This document shows positions 37,844-48,769 of a stretch of 64,000 bases of DNA, in pieces. Under the pieces are notes generated by a model. The model ran no database searches. It had not been told where the DNA came from and was given only the letters and a program-made list of their open reading frames with translations. How positions within the stretch are numbered: position 1 is the stretch's first letter; the number at the start of each line of letters is the position of its first letter. Location of the stretch: positions 499,129 through 563,128 of the forward strand of contig OY970271.1 of assembly GCA_963715745.1 (NCBI GenBank). Direction: 5' to 3'. The stretch comes from an uncultured Ignavibacteriales bacterium. Lineage in GTDB: Bacteria > Bacteroidota > Ignavibacteria > Ignavibacteriales > Ignavibacteriaceae. Position numbers and translations under genes: made by a program.

Positions 37844-39721
37844 ATGAAAATATTTGACGTTTTAGTAATAGGTGGCGGACATGCAGGGATTGAAGCATCA
37901 GTCTCTGCTGCTAGTATGGGATGCTCAGTTGGACTGATTACTATGGATAAATCAGCAATTGGAAGAATGTCCTGCAATCCTGCAATTGGAGGGACTGCAA
38001 AAGGGCATCTCGTACGGGAGATTGATGCACTTGGAGGAGTTATGGGAATAATTGCTGATCATACCGGAATCCAGTTCAGGATGCTAAATAAGTCAAAAGG
38101 GCCTGCTGTTTGGTCCCCCCGATGTCAATCTGATAGAAAATTATATTCCGCAAAAGCAATCGAAATAATTGAGCAGACTCAGAACCTTGAAATAGTTGAA
38201 GAGGCTGTGACTGAAATAGTCATAGAAAGTGACCAGGTAAGGGGCGTGAAGTGTTCTGACGGAAGTGTAATTGAATCCAAAGCTGTTGTTTTATCTTCCG
38301 GCACATTCCTTAATGCTCAAATGCACACAGGTTTAAAAGCAACGCAGGGTGGAAGATTTGGAGAAAGGCACTCAACAGGAATTACAGAGTCCTTAATCAA
38401 ATTAGGTTTTGAAACCGGCAGACTTAAAACCGGAACTCCACCGAGACTTGCAAAAGATTCCATTGATTGGTCTGTTTTAGAAGAGCAGCCGGGAGATAAA
38501 AACCCTCAACCATTTTCTTTTCGCACAGAAAAAAGCATGTTTCCTTTTCTTCCGCAGGTCTCCTGTCATATCACCCACACTGATCAGGAAGTGCATTCAA
38601 TTCTTGAAAGAGGTTTCCACGAATCTCCAATGTTCACTGGGTTAATTTCTGGTGTAGGACCGAGATATTGTCCGTCGATTGAAGATAAAATTGTAAGGTT
38701 TTCAGAAAAGAAAAGTCATCAGCTTTTCCTTGAGCCTGAAGGTTTGGACAGCGATCTAATTTATTTAAATGGTTTTTCAACTTCTCTTCCAGCAGATATT
38801 CAGTTGGAAGCAATGCAAAAAATTAAAGGTCTGGAAAATGTTGAAATGATCAGACCAGGTTACGCGGTTGAATACGATTTTTTCCCTCCACACCAGGTTG
38901 ATAATACTCTGGAAACAAAAAATATTCAGGGGCTTTATTTTGCCGGACAGGTAAATGGAACTTCAGGGTATGAAGAAGCTGCCGCTCAGGGACTTATTGC
39001 AGGAATTAATGCAGCTCTGAAAATTCAGGGCAGGGAAGCTTTCGTTTTAAAAAGAAGTGAAGCTTACATTGGTGTTCTGATTGATGATCTGGTAACTAAA
39101 TCAACTGATGAACCTTACAGGATGTTTACTTCAAGAGCAGAACATAGGTTGTTACTTCGGCAGGATAATGCCGATCAAAGGCTAATGTATTACGGAAAGG
39201 AATTTGGACTGATTGAAAAAAACATTGCTAATGTTGTAGCAAAAAGAAAATCACTAATTTCATTTTATGTTGAAAAAAGTAATAACACTAAACTTCATGC
39301 ACGAGATATAAATTCACGATTAGAAGAACTCGGATCTTCATCAATCGATTCGACTGAAACTATTTCAAGGCTTTGCAAGCGTCCGGAGATTAGTTTGAAA
39401 GATCTTTTGAACTTCAATGGCAATGTGAAAGACAAAGATTTTTCGGAGCTATTAAAAGATGAACAACTTCTATATCAAGTCGAAATAGAACTAAAGTATG
39501 AAGGATATATTAACAGGCAATTTCAGATGGTTGAGAAATTAGAAAGATATGAAGAAACACAAATCCCTTTAACATTAAACTATTTAAACTTCAAATCTTT
39601 ATCAACTGAAGCAAGAGAAAAACTCTCCAGGATAAAACCTCGCTCTATTGGTCAGGCATCAAGAATTTCAGGAGTTACACCTTCTGATATTTCCATTTTA
39701 TTGGTATATTTAAAGAAGTAA
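37844..39721 (+). CDS. mnmG: tRNA uridine 5-carboxymethylaminomethyl modification enzyme
   Basis: 625 aa with VIGGGHAGIEA and GPRYCPSIEDK. Confidence 0.97.
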   Translation: MKIFDVLVIGGGHAGIEASVSAASMGCSVGLITMDKSAIGRMSCNPAIGGTAKGHLVREIDALGGVMGIIADHTGIQFRMLNKSKGPAVWSPRCQSDRKLYSAKAIEIIEQTQNLEIVEEAVTEIVIESDQVRGVKCSDGSVIESKAVVLSSGTFLNAQMHTGLKATQGGRFGERHSTGITESLIKLGFETGRLKTGTPPRLAKDSIDWSVLEEQPGDKNPQPFSFRTEKSMFPFLPQVSCHITHTDQEVHSILERGFHESPMFTGLISGVGPRYCPSIEDKIVRFSEKKSHQLFLEPEGLDSDLIYLNGFSTSLPADIQLEAMQKIKGLENVEMIRPGYAVEYDFFPPHQVDNTLETKNIQGLYFAGQVNGTSGYEEAAAQGLIAGINAALKIQGREAFVLKRSEAYIGVLIDDLVTKSTDEPYRMFTSRAEHRLLLRQDNADQRLMYYGKEFGLIEKNIANVVAKRKSLISFYVEKSNNTKLHARDINSRLEELGSSSIDSTETISRLCKRPEISLKDLLNFNGNVKDKDFSELLKDEQLLYQVEIELKYEGYINRQFQMVEKLERYEETQIPLTLNYLNFKSLSTEAREKLSRIKPRSIGQASRISGVTPSDISILLVYLKK

Positions 39722-39734
39722 TTTTTATTTTTTT

Positions 39735-40418
39735 ATGTCTGATAAACAAGAAGAGTACTTAAAAGAGCTCAAGATGTACTGTTGGGAAAACGGATTTAAT
39801 CCTGAACCAACAAGAACTGAAAGACTTGCCTATTTTTCCCAATTAGTTGCTGATAAGAACAAAAAGCTCAATCTTATTTCCAAGCGTGATGTTGATGCAA
39901 TAGTTGAAAAACATGTTTTTATTTCAGCCTATATCACTAAATATCTTCCTGAAAAAGTGACAAAATTCCTTGATATTGGTACAGGCGGAGGGTTTCCGGG
40001 AATTCCTTTGGCTGTTATGAGACCTGATTTAAGAGGCATACTTGTTGACTCAACTGGAAAGAAGATTCAGGCAGTGCAGGAATTTATCGATAAGCTCAAG
40101 CTGAGCAATATAGTCGCTGAAAGTGATCGAGTTGAAAGTGAAGAATTTATTTCACGACATGGGAATTCATTTGACCTTGTTGTAAGTCGTGCAACTGTAC
40201 CATTGATAATTCTTTTCCGCTATGCTATTCCGTTAATAAAAGAAAAAGCATATTTGATGGCTATCAAAGGTGGTGATCTTACTGAGGAATTCAAAAAAGC
40301 CGAGATGAAGTATAAATCGTATATTCGTAAATCCACTGTCTATGAATTATATTATAAACCAACAAACGTGCGAAACAAAAAAGGAAAGAAACTTGTTTTG
40401 CTTGAGCTTCACAAATAG
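39735..40418 (+). CDS. rsmG: 16S rRNA (guanine527-N7)-methyltransferase
   Basis: 227 aa with the SAM motif DIGTGGGFPGIPLA. It sits directly downstream of mnmG. Confidence 0.9.
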   Translation: MSDKQEEYLKELKMYCWENGFNPEPTRTERLAYFSQLVADKNKKLNLISKRDVDAIVEKHVFISAYITKYLPEKVTKFLDIGTGGGFPGIPLAVMRPDLRGILVDSTGKKIQAVQEFIDKLKLSNIVAESDRVESEEFISRHGNSFDLVVSRATVPLIILFRYAIPLIKEKAYLMAIKGGDLTEEFKKAEMKYKSYIRKSTVYELYYKPTNVRNKKGKKLVLLELHK

Positions 40419-40446
40419 CAGGTGATTTTAAAAATAATTTTAACTT

Positions 40447-40478
40447 AAGGGTTCAAATTTCTGAACCCTTTTTTATTT
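40447..40478 (+). terminator. rho-independent terminator after rsmG
   Basis: The hairpin aagggttcaaatttctgaaccctt is followed by ttttattttc. Confidence 0.8.
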
Positions 40479-40486
40479 TCTGAATT

Positions 40487-43400
40487 ATGAATTCCGGTAT
40501 TCTGCAGAAGCTTATTAAATCTAAAGATTTTTTTGATTCAGTTTTAAATGAAACTGAAGACATAAAAAATCTACAGGGACAAATCTATCTATCTCCGCTG
40601 GCAGGTTCTTCAAAATCATTTTCAATTAAAGAGCTTTTTGAAAATAATAAGCAGATTCTCATCCTTCTGCCTGATGTTAAGACTGTTTCTGAATCACAGG
40701 TTGAGCTAAGCATAATCGGGCTTTCAGAATATTTAGTTTCCATTGAAGAACTTTCACCTGATCAACTTCAGCAAAAACTTACAGAGCTACTCAACAAAAA
40801 TTCAAAAATAGTTTTAAGCACTTATAATCTGCTTCATAAGCAATTTCCCAATCCTGAATCATTACAGAACTCAATCACAAGAATTAATTCAGGAGATGAA
40901 TTTGGCTATGAAAATTTGATTGAATATTTAAATCAGTTAAACTACCAGAAAGAAAAATTTGTTGAAGCACAGGGAGATTATTCACAACGTGGCTCGCTGA
41001 TTGATTTTTGGTCCTACTCGGAACCAAATCCTGTAAGACTGGAATTTGATGGGGATTTATTGGAATCAATCAGATTGTTTGATTCAGAAAGCCAAAGATC
41101 ATTTGAAAAAACTGAAACGGTTACTCTTGCTGCCTCAATTAATTCAGAAGAAAAATCGGAAGACACAGTAAATATTTTTAATTACTTGCAAAGCCCTGTT
41201 GTTCTTGCTTCATCTTTTGAACTGGAAAACCTGAATAACCTACGAAAAGAAACTCAAAACAAAACAAAAACCGTTTCTCCAAAAATTGATCCGGAAGAAG
41301 ATGAAAAAGAGAATCCGGGAGAAGTTAAAACCGAAAATGTCTATGAAATTGTTACAGGGACCTACACTCTAACATTAAACGATTTATTTTCTCAGCAAGC
41401 TATCTGGCTTATTGAAGATGAACTATCATCTAAAAAAGATTTAGTAAACTTAGGACTTAAAGAAGCCCCATCAATCAATTCCAACTTCGAGATTCTGTTT
41501 AATGTTTTAAAAGATTATGCTGACCAAAACTTTGATGTGATTCTGACAAGTGAAAACGAACTACAAACAAACAGGCTTCGCAACCTTCTTTCTGATTTTA
41601 AAGACGAGCTTTCTGAATTAATTGAATCCGGGAAAATTAAACTTGAAACGCTAGCACTTAAAGAAGGTTTTCTTCACAAAGAAAAAAAGTTTCTTCTGCT
41701 TACTGATTACCAGATTTTTAATAAACCATACAGAAGCAAACTTCCGAAAAAAAGTAAATCTGTTAAATCAAAATCAAAATCTTTTGCTTCAATTAAAAGA
41801 GGGGACTTTGTTGTTCACGAAAATTATGGGATAGGGAAGTATGCCGGACTTGAAACTATAAATATCGGCGAGAGTAAACAGGAGTCGATGAAGCTTTTAT
41901 ATAATGAAGGCGGAATTGTGTATGTAAATCTTAACTATCTCCATCTCGTGAAAAGATATTCGTCAAACGCGACACTTGTGCCAACACTTTCAACTCTCGG
42001 CACTTCTGAATGGGATAGAACAAAAAAACGCACAAAGAAAAAGATAAAAGAAGCTGCACGAGAACTGATTGAGCTTTATGCAAAAAGAAAAACAAGCAAA
42101 GGATTCAGTTTCAGTCCCGATTCCATCTGGCAAAATGAGCTTGAAGCGTCTTTCTTTTACGAAGATACTCCCGACCAGGAAAAAGTAACCGAAGAAGTAA
42201 AAGTTGATATGCAGGCTGAAAGTCCGATGGACAGACTTGTTTGCGGTGATGTTGGTTTTGGAAAAACAGAAATTGCTGTGCGTGCTGCTTTCAAATCAGT
42301 ACAGGATGGGAAGCAGGTTGCATTGCTTGTCCCGACTACAATTCTTGCCGAACAGCATTTTAATACCTTTCGAGACAGACTTACAAACTTCCCTGTTCGG
42401 GTTGCAGCTCTTTCAAGATTTCAGACTAAAAAAGAGCAGAATGAAACTCTGAAAAAACTAAAAGCCGGCGAAGTTGATGTAATTGTCGGAACCCACCGAC
42501 TTCTTTCAAAAGATGTTGAGTTTAAGGATATTGGGCTTTTAATTATAGATGAGGAACACCGGTTTGGGGTTTCTGCAAAGGAAAAACTTCGTTCGATAAA
42601 AATTAATGTTGATACACTAACTCTAACCGCAACTCCTATTCCCAGAACTTTGAATCTCTCACTGCTTGGCGCAAGAGATCTTTCGATTATTTCAACGCCA
42701 CCGCCAAACCGCCAGCCTATTTATACAACCGTTTCAACTTTTGATATTTTGAAAATCAGAGAATGGATATTGAATGAAGTAAAGCGAAACGGGCAGGTTT
42801 ATTTTGTGCACGACAGAATTCAAAGTATTGATAAGCTAAATGGATATCTTCAAAAATATGTTCCGGAAGTAAAAGTCGGTGTAGCACACGGTCAAATGAA
42901 ACCATCGCAGCTTGAAGATGTAATTCATAAATTTCTAAACAAACAGTATGATGTTCTTTTATCAACAAAAATTATTGAATCCGGAATTGACATACCTAAT
43001 GTGAACACGATAATTGTGAACCGTGCTGACAGATTCGGACTTGCCGAGCTTCATCAGTTAAGAGGAAGAGTTGGCAGATCAACAAGGCAGGCTTATGCAT
43101 ATTTTATTGTTCCTTCACTCAGCGGAATTACAAAAAAGGCTTTGAGGAGATTGCAGGCTATTGAAGAATATACAGAAATTGGTTCGGGTTTCAATCTTTC
43201 AATGCGCGATCTGGAAATAAGAGGTGCTGGAAATCTTCTTGGCAAAGAGCAGTCTGGGTTTATAAATGAAATTGGTTTTGATCTTTATTTAAAAATGATT
43301 GATGAAGCCGTTGACGAATTGAAATACCAGGAATTTACAGAGTTGTTCAAATCATTGCCGAAACAAGAAGACAGAACCGAACCTACAATTGACTGTTATT

Positions 43401-43879
43401 TTGAACTCGGCATCCCTGAAACTTATATGCCCGAGCAAATGGACAGGCTAAATTTTTACACAGCACTTTACTCAATTAAAAATCTTGATGAAATGAATGA
43501 GCTAGTTGAAGAAATGAAAGACAGGTTTGGACCAGTACCGCCAACTGTTAATCGCTTGCTGCTTGCTGCCCAGTTAAAACTTGCTGCATCGTATGCTTTG
43601 TTTGAAAGAATTATTATGCAGAGAAAAGATGTGTTTATTATTCTACCCAAAGGACAGAAAGAAGAGTATTACAAATTTAAATTTGTTGAGCTTATGAGAT
43701 TTATACTTGATGAACACAAAGACAAAATAAAGTTCGAGCAGAAAAATGATATGATGAAACTAAATATTAAAAATAATTTTGATACGCCGGAAAAACTTTT
43801 GGAGTTTTTAATTTCGTTTAGCAGTGATATAAAAAAATTATTTCAAAACCCGGGTTCAAAAGAAATGTCGAATAAATAG
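40487..43879 (+). CDS. mfd: transcription-repair coupling factor
   Basis: 1130 aa with a CarD-like domain (GDFVVHENYGIGKY) and SF2 helicase motifs GDVGFGKTE and DEEHRFGV. Confidence 0.95.
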   Translation: MNSGILQKLIKSKDFFDSVLNETEDIKNLQGQIYLSPLAGSSKSFSIKELFENNKQILILLPDVKTVSESQVELSIIGLSEYLVSIEELSPDQLQQKLTELLNKNSKIVLSTYNLLHKQFPNPESLQNSITRINSGDEFGYENLIEYLNQLNYQKEKFVEAQGDYSQRGSLIDFWSYSEPNPVRLEFDGDLLESIRLFDSESQRSFEKTETVTLAASINSEEKSEDTVNIFNYLQSPVVLASSFELENLNNLRKETQNKTKTVSPKIDPEEDEKENPGEVKTENVYEIVTGTYTLTLNDLFSQQAIWLIEDELSSKKDLVNLGLKEAPSINSNFEILFNVLKDYADQNFDVILTSENELQTNRLRNLLSDFKDELSELIESGKIKLETLALKEGFLHKEKKFLLLTDYQIFNKPYRSKLPKKSKSVKSKSKSFASIKRGDFVVHENYGIGKYAGLETINIGESKQESMKLLYNEGGIVYVNLNYLHLVKRYSSNATLVPTLSTLGTSEWDRTKKRTKKKIKEAARELIELYAKRKTSKGFSFSPDSIWQNELEASFFYEDTPDQEKVTEEVKVDMQAESPMDRLVCGDVGFGKTEIAVRAAFKSVQDGKQVALLVPTTILAEQHFNTFRDRLTNFPVRVAALSRFQTKKEQNETLKKLKAGEVDVIVGTHRLLSKDVEFKDIGLLIIDEEHRFGVSAKEKLRSIKINVDTLTLTATPIPRTLNLSLLGARDLSIISTPPPNRQPIYTTVSTFDILKIREWILNEVKRNGQVYFVHDRIQSIDKLNGYLQKYVPEVKVGVAHGQMKPSQLEDVIHKFLNKQYDVLLSTKIIESGIDIPNVNTIIVNRADRFGLAELHQLRGRVGRSTRQAYAYFIVPSLSGITKKALRRLQAIEEYTEIGSGFNLSMRDLEIRGAGNLLGKEQSGFINEIGFDLYLKMIDEAVDELKYQEFTELFKSLPKQEDRTEPTIDCYFELGIPETYMPEQMDRLNFYTALYSIKNLDEMNELVEEMKDRFGPVPPTVNRLLLAAQLKLAASYALFERIIMQRKDVFIILPKGQKEEYYKFKFVELMRFILDEHKDKIKFEQKNDMMKLNIKNNFDTPEKLLEFLISFSSDIKKLFQNPGSKEMSNK

Positions 43880-43916
43880 AATCAAAATAATCTCTGCTTT
43901 TGGGAGCTTAAAAAAC

Positions 43917-44267
43917 TCATTTTTTATTATAAAAACTAATACCATCACCTTTTAGTTTTTCAACCCACATTTCTTCGAGGGCTTTTAATTCTTTTCTCAA
44001 ATCCTTGTCGGATTCATCTTTAATTTCTATTTCATCTAGAACAAAAATTTCAAACTGATTCTTGCCAAGTTTTTTATAATCATTAGCAAGATTTTGAAAA
44101 GCATGACTGCCTTGCTCAAGTTCAAAAGTAACACCTATTAGTTTTGCAGGAAGATTAAGCGAAATACCGATGAACATTTTATTGTCTGGTTTGTTCTTAA
44201 CCGCGAACAATCCCGCAGGTTGTTTCTGATTTTTGTATTCTTTTCTTATTTCTTTTTTATCAATCAT
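43917..44267 (-). CDS. small GIY-YIG-like nuclease-family protein (degenerate motif)
   Basis: 116 aa. PAGLFAVKNKPDNKMFIGISLNL...IFVLDEIE...LEEMWVEKL follows the GIY-YIG layout weakly. Confidence 0.45.
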   Translation of the reverse strand: MIDKKEIRKEYKNQKQPAGLFAVKNKPDNKMFIGISLNLPAKLIGVTFELEQGSHAFQNLANDYKKLGKNQFEIFVLDEIEIKDESDKDLRKELKALEEMWVEKLKGDGISFYNKK

Positions 44268-44383
44268 TTTATCTTCTGAAATATTTTTACAAATTATGAT
44301 ACAACTTAGCCGAAAACCGAATGATCATCAATGAACTTAATGACTATAAATATTTATATTTGTGAATAAAACCGGAGAAAGTT

Positions 44384-44881
44384 ATGGCAAAAAATTCTTC
44401 ATTTGATATTGTTTCTGAAATTGACCTGCAGGAAGTTGACAACGCACTTAACCAGGCAATTAAAGAAATCCACCAGAGGTATGATTTAAAAGATTCGCAC
44501 ACCGAGCTTGAGCTGAACAAAAAAGACAAGCTGATAAATCTGAACACAAAAGACGATTACTCCCGCAAGCAGTCAATAGATATTCTGCAGACAAAATTCA
44601 TAAAGCGCGGCTTATCAATTAAAGCAATGAAAATGGATGAACCCGAAACCGCCGCCGGTGGAAGACTGAAGCAAAAAATTTCTTTGCAAAGCGGAATTTC
44701 CAAAGACAACGCAAAGATTATTACAAAGATGATTAAAGATATGAGCGTAAAGGTTAACACACAGATAATGGATGAAAAGATACGCGTGCAGGGTGCAAAA
44801 AAAGATGACCTGCAGGAAGTAATTAAAGCAGTTAAAGAAGCCGATCTGAGTTTTCCTGTTCAGTTTACGAATTACCAATAA
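44384..44881 (+). CDS. yajQ: YajQ family (UPF0234) nucleotide/c-di-GMP-binding protein
   Basis: 165 aa with SSFDIVSEIDLQEVDNALNQAIKEIHQRYDLKDS. Confidence 0.9.
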   Translation: MAKNSSFDIVSEIDLQEVDNALNQAIKEIHQRYDLKDSHTELELNKKDKLINLNTKDDYSRKQSIDILQTKFIKRGLSIKAMKMDEPETAAGGRLKQKISLQSGISKDNAKIITKMIKDMSVKVNTQIMDEKIRVQGAKKDDLQEVIKAVKEADLSFPVQFTNYQ

Positions 44882-45035
44882 TCTTCTGTTGCTTTTCCTT
44901 TCTTAAGAACTAATTTCATTATTTTTTTTACTCAGAATAATTGTGCGGAATCTAACCAAATACTTTGATTAATTACTTGTAAATGCCAGTTTGAATAATT
45001 ACTTTATTGAACCAACAAACAATGCGAGGGAGTAT

Positions 45036-45860
45036 ATGCGATTTATTGATGTTCATACTCATTTAAATAATTACGATGAAAATAAAAGCGTAACTATTGA
45101 TGAATCATTAGAAAATTTACTTTCAGTGATGGATAAGAACGGGATTATGCATTCGATGATACTCACATCATACAAAGTAAATGAAAACCGTCCTTCTTTA
45201 AGTGATGTAATTAAAGTTACGAGGGAACATAAAAATTTATCAGTCGTAGCTGGCATCAGTTTTTTGAATTACAAGGAAAAAGATCTTCGTGAGATTGCTG
45301 ATTACCTTGAGGATGGCCTTGTAAAAGGATTAAAACTTTATCCTGGTTACGAACCTTTTTATCCTTATGATAAAAGATGCCAGGTTATTTATGATCTGGC
45401 AGCAGAATTTAAAGTTCCTGTGATGATTCATTCGGGGGATACTTACACTCCAAAAGGGAAAGTTAGGTATGCACATCCACTTGCAATTGATGATGTAGCA
45501 GTTGATAACCCTGATGTAAAATTTGTGATTTGTCATGTAGGAAATCCATGGATCAGAGATTGTATGGAGGTTGTTTACAAGAATAAGAATGCATATGCAG
45601 ATATTTCCGGACTTGTGTTAGGAAACTTTTCTTCGGATTTTGAAAAATTTATGAAGAAGCAATTGCAGGAAATGATAATTTATGCCGGTGAGCCGCGTTA
45701 TCTACTGTATGGAACTGACTGGCCTATCTCAAGCATGGAATCATACGTAAAATTCGTTCATGATCTGAATATTCCGGATGAGAGAAAGGAAAAAATAGCG
45801 TGGAAGAATGCCTCTGAATTATTTAGAATCCCAGTATCGGAGACAGTGAATTCAGTTTAA
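45036..45860 (+). CDS. amidohydrolase-family (TIM-barrel metal-dependent hydrolase) protein
   Basis: MRFIDVHTHLN supplies the metal ligands, with further motifs VMIHSGD and VICHVGNPW. The track ORF begins at an upstream TTG at 44991. Confidence 0.8.
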   Translation: MRFIDVHTHLNNYDENKSVTIDESLENLLSVMDKNGIMHSMILTSYKVNENRPSLSDVIKVTREHKNLSVVAGISFLNYKEKDLREIADYLEDGLVKGLKLYPGYEPFYPYDKRCQVIYDLAAEFKVPVMIHSGDTYTPKGKVRYAHPLAIDDVAVDNPDVKFVICHVGNPWIRDCMEVVYKNKNAYADISGLVLGNFSSDFEKFMKKQLQEMIIYAGEPRYLLYGTDWPISSMESYVKFVHDLNIPDERKEKIAWKNASELFRIPVSETVNSV

Positions 45861-46012
45861 TTCAAAGTTTGTGATCTGCTCAATATAGAGTAACCTTGAT
45901 TTTATATTATATATTGTTTCGTGATTATTTGGTGATAGATAAAATTTATTTTAACACTGTTTAATTCAATGGAACTATTATAGGTAATCTCAATGTTTTT
46001 AAGGTAGGTAAA

Positions 46013-47104
46013 ATGAGAAAGTTAATTTTAATAAATATTGTGTTTCTTTTTGCTCTGTTTTCAACAGCCTGCTCTGAACCGGAAAACAAGACAACTTCTG
46101 AAAGTCCGGAGATGGAAAAACAGGTCACTCAAATGAACGGGCACTACGAAACTGCAACTTTAGCCGGGGGTTGTTTCTGGTGTATGGAAGCTTCCTTCGA
46201 AAAAGTTGACGGAGTAGTAAAAGTAATTTCCGGTTACGGCGGCGGAACAGAAAAAGATCCGACTTACAGTCAGGTATCGAGTGGTAAAACCGGCTACCGT
46301 GAATCGATTCAGGTTTATTATGATCCTGATGTGATCAGCTATCCTGAAATTCTTGAAGTTTACTGGAGATCATTTGATCCGACGGATGCCGGAGGCTCTT
46401 TTCACGACCGCGGACATCAGTATACTTCTGCAATCTTTTATATGAATGATGAACAGAAGAAAATTGCAGAGAAATCTAAAAAAGAACTTGACAAATCCGG
46501 TGTTTTTAATAAACCTGTCGTAACACCGATAATAAAATTCACTACATTTTATCCTGCTGAAGAATATCACCAGGATTTTTATAAAAAAGATCCCGAAAGG
46601 TACTACAGTTACCGAAAAGGATCAGGAAGGGATGAGTTCATTATGACGCACTGGGGCGATAAAAATAATTACACAAAACTTTCCGATGCTGAGCTGAAGA
46701 AAAAGCTGAATGATCTTCAGTATAAAGTTACTCAGCACGAAGGGACTGAACGCGCATTTAACAACGAGTACTGGGATAACCACAAAGCCGGTATTTATGT
46801 TGATATAGTTTCAGGTGAGCCACTCTTCAGCTCAAAAGATAAATTTGAATCAGGTACAGGATGGCCAAGTTTTACAAAGCCTATTGATCCGGAATTCATA
46901 AAAAAGAATACCGATATGAAACTTGGAATGAAAAGAGTAGAAGTAAGAAGCAAGCATGGTGATTCACATTTAGGACATGTCTTTGACGATGGACCCGAGC
47001 CAACTGGCTTACGTTACTGTATGAATTCTGCAGCAATGAGATTTATTCCCAAAGAAAAAATGAAAGAAGAAGGTTACGGAGAATATCTGTGGCTTGTTGA
47101 ATAA
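46013..47104 (+). CDS. msrAB: bifunctional methionine sulfoxide reductase MsrA/MsrB, lipoprotein/secreted form
   Basis: 363 aa with a signal and lipobox (LFSTAC), MsrA motif GGCFWCME, and MsrB motifs GTGWPSF and [11 protein letters not shown]. Confidence 0.95.
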   Translation: MRKLILINIVFLFALFSTACSEPENKTTSESPEMEKQVTQMNGHYETATLAGGCFWCMEASFEKVDGVVKVISGYGGGTEKDPTYSQVSSGKTGYRESIQVYYDPDVISYPEILEVYWRSFDPTDAGGSFHDRGHQYTSAIFYMNDEQKKIAEKSKKELDKSGVFNKPVVTPIIKFTTFYPAEEYHQDFYKKDPERYYSYRKGSGRDEFIMTHWGDKNNYTKLSDAELKKKLNDLQYKVTQHEGTERAFNNEYWDNHKAGIYVDIVSGEPLFSSKDKFESGTGWPSFTKPIDPEFIKKNTDMKLGMKRVEVRSKHGDSHLGHVFDDGPEPTGLRYCMNSAAMRFIPKEKMKEEGYGEYLWLVE

Positions 47105-47110
47105 AAAATT

Positions 47111-47148
47111 AAGGATGTCACTGTGTGATCAGTGCCATCCTTGCTTTT
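47111..47148 (+). terminator. hairpin terminator after msrAB
   Basis: aaggatgtcactg pairs with cagtgccatcctt (1 mismatch), followed by gcttttc. Confidence 0.6.
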
Positions 47149-47184
47149 CACATACAAATAAATGTGTTTATTCATTTGATCTTG

Positions 47185-47210
47185 AATGTCACGAACTACT
47201 TCGTGACATT
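47185..47210. repeat. hairpin repeat, family B (TGTCACG-loop-CGTGACA)
   Basis: The sequence aatgtcacgaactacttcgtgacatt is followed by a T-run. Confidence 0.75.
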
Positions 47211-47445
47211 TTTATTTGTTAATCGGCAAGTTATACAGTCCCACCCATCACAAATCAATTGAATCTCTTTCCAGCTTAGATTATTTTAATATAGTATTTT
47301 CTACCGTTTGAGTCAGCTATGAAAAACATATTCTCTTACGGTTATTTCTCTTCCAAATCTCCAAACAGACTTCGCATCTTTATATCTCATTTTCAAAGGA
47401 TAATTAAACAGAATTACTTTTATAAATTTTTAAAGGGGAATTATT

Positions 47446-47901
47446 ATGAAAAAGAAAACATTCCTTTTTTCTTTAATATTTCTGGTATGTTTTATTTTTG
47501 TTGAAACTTCAGCACAGGACATAACTGTTCAGACTCTTATAGGAAAATCACAAAGTGAAGTGATTAAAAAGTATGGAAAACCGGTTCACCAGGACAACAG
47601 CAACCCCGCAATGATTTGCATGTTTTACCAGGATAAAATTACCCGGATGATTTTTGTTTCTGATAAAAGTGGAGTTTATCAATCGGAAGCAACAGTAACT
47701 TACAACACAGAAACTTCAGCAAGAAATGCAATTGATAAGTTCATTGTCAATTCTGTTGCGGATGGTTTTGATGTCGATACAGTTACAACTAACGATTTTG
47801 AAGTTCATAAAAAAGGAGTAAAAACAGATCTGCAGTTAAATGAAAACAAAATCACTCAAAATTTTGTAGTAAGTGTTAAAGCAAGAAGATCAGAAGATTG
47901 A
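47446..47901 (+). CDS. secreted hypothetical protein
   Basis: 151 aa with a signal peptide (MKKKTFLFSLIFLVCFIFVETSAQ). No recognisable domain. Confidence 0.6.
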   Translation: MKKKTFLFSLIFLVCFIFVETSAQDITVQTLIGKSQSEVIKKYGKPVHQDNSNPAMICMFYQDKITRMIFVSDKSGVYQSEATVTYNTETSARNAIDKFIVNSVADGFDVDTVTTNDFEVHKKGVKTDLQLNENKITQNFVVSVKARRSED

Positions 47902-47919
47902 ACAATTATTTGTTATCAG

Positions 47920-48633
47920 TCAGCGTATCTCTAGTTTTTTAGAATTGTTTTCTCCGCCTGTAAAAGTTCTCATATTTTCAGGGATGTGTCCGTAATCGCT
48001 GAAAGTATCAAGCTTCATAGTTCTGTCAGGAAATACTCTGATAATTGTTAAACTGCAATTTGATATGCTCATCTGCAGCCACGACATTGTATCAACTTTC
48101 AAAACTTTCGTAACAAAATACCGGATAACATTTCCGTGGCAGACAATAATATCATTCCGGCTTTCTTTATCAGGTGAAGAAATAAAATATTTTTGAAATG
48201 CCTCTTCTAGATTTTTAACACAATTCTCTCTTTCGGTTGTATCAACTCCTTCCATTACATCTTTCCGCCAGGAAGGCGGCGTACATTCTCTTATTAAGTC
48301 AGATTGTTCTAATTCTAACTCTGGAAAATCTTCATTTATTATCATAGCAGTCTGCTTTGCTCTCATCATTGTGCTGCTAATGAGAGAATTGAATTTGATA
48401 TTCATTGATTTCAATCTTGAAGAAACCAGCCTTGCCTGTGCTATTCCAAGCGGAGTTAGCCTGTTCAATGAATCGGGAATGTTGTCGTCCGCTGGTGCAT
48501 ATTCTCCATGGCGGATAAGGTAGATTGTTCGGATTCCCGTTGAATTATCCTGAGCATATATATTTATGCAGAGGAATAATAAAATTGCAGAGGCAAAAAT
48601 TTTTGAAAGAGTTACATTAAAATAAAATTTCAT
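47920..48633 (-). CDS. histidine phosphatase (phosphoglycerate mutase-like) family protein, secreted
   Basis: 237 aa with the RHG motif (IYLIRHGEY) and a distal His (VCHGNVIR). Confidence 0.85.
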   Translation of the reverse strand: MKFYFNVTLSKIFASAILLFLCINIYAQDNSTGIRTIYLIRHGEYAPADDNIPDSLNRLTPLGIAQARLVSSRLKSMNIKFNSLISSTMMRAKQTAMIINEDFPELELEQSDLIRECTPPSWRKDVMEGVDTTERENCVKNLEEAFQKYFISSPDKESRNDIIVCHGNVIRYFVTKVLKVDTMSWLQMSISNCSLTIIRVFPDRTMKLDTFSDYGHIPENMRTFTGGENNSKKLEIR

Positions 48634-48769
48634 TTTTCACATTATTGTTATTCGGTTTTCAAAACTATGAAATTTTTTCTATTGTTTTGGTAAATATTGA
48701 TAATGAGTTAAAACAACATTATTTTACATAGTAACTATAATATAAATATAAACTATATAATATATAGTA

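Noticed and set aside
47319-47504. 61-aa plus-strand ORF
   Set aside because: It overlaps the better-supported signal-peptide gene starting at 47446 in another frame, and its composition is low-complexity.
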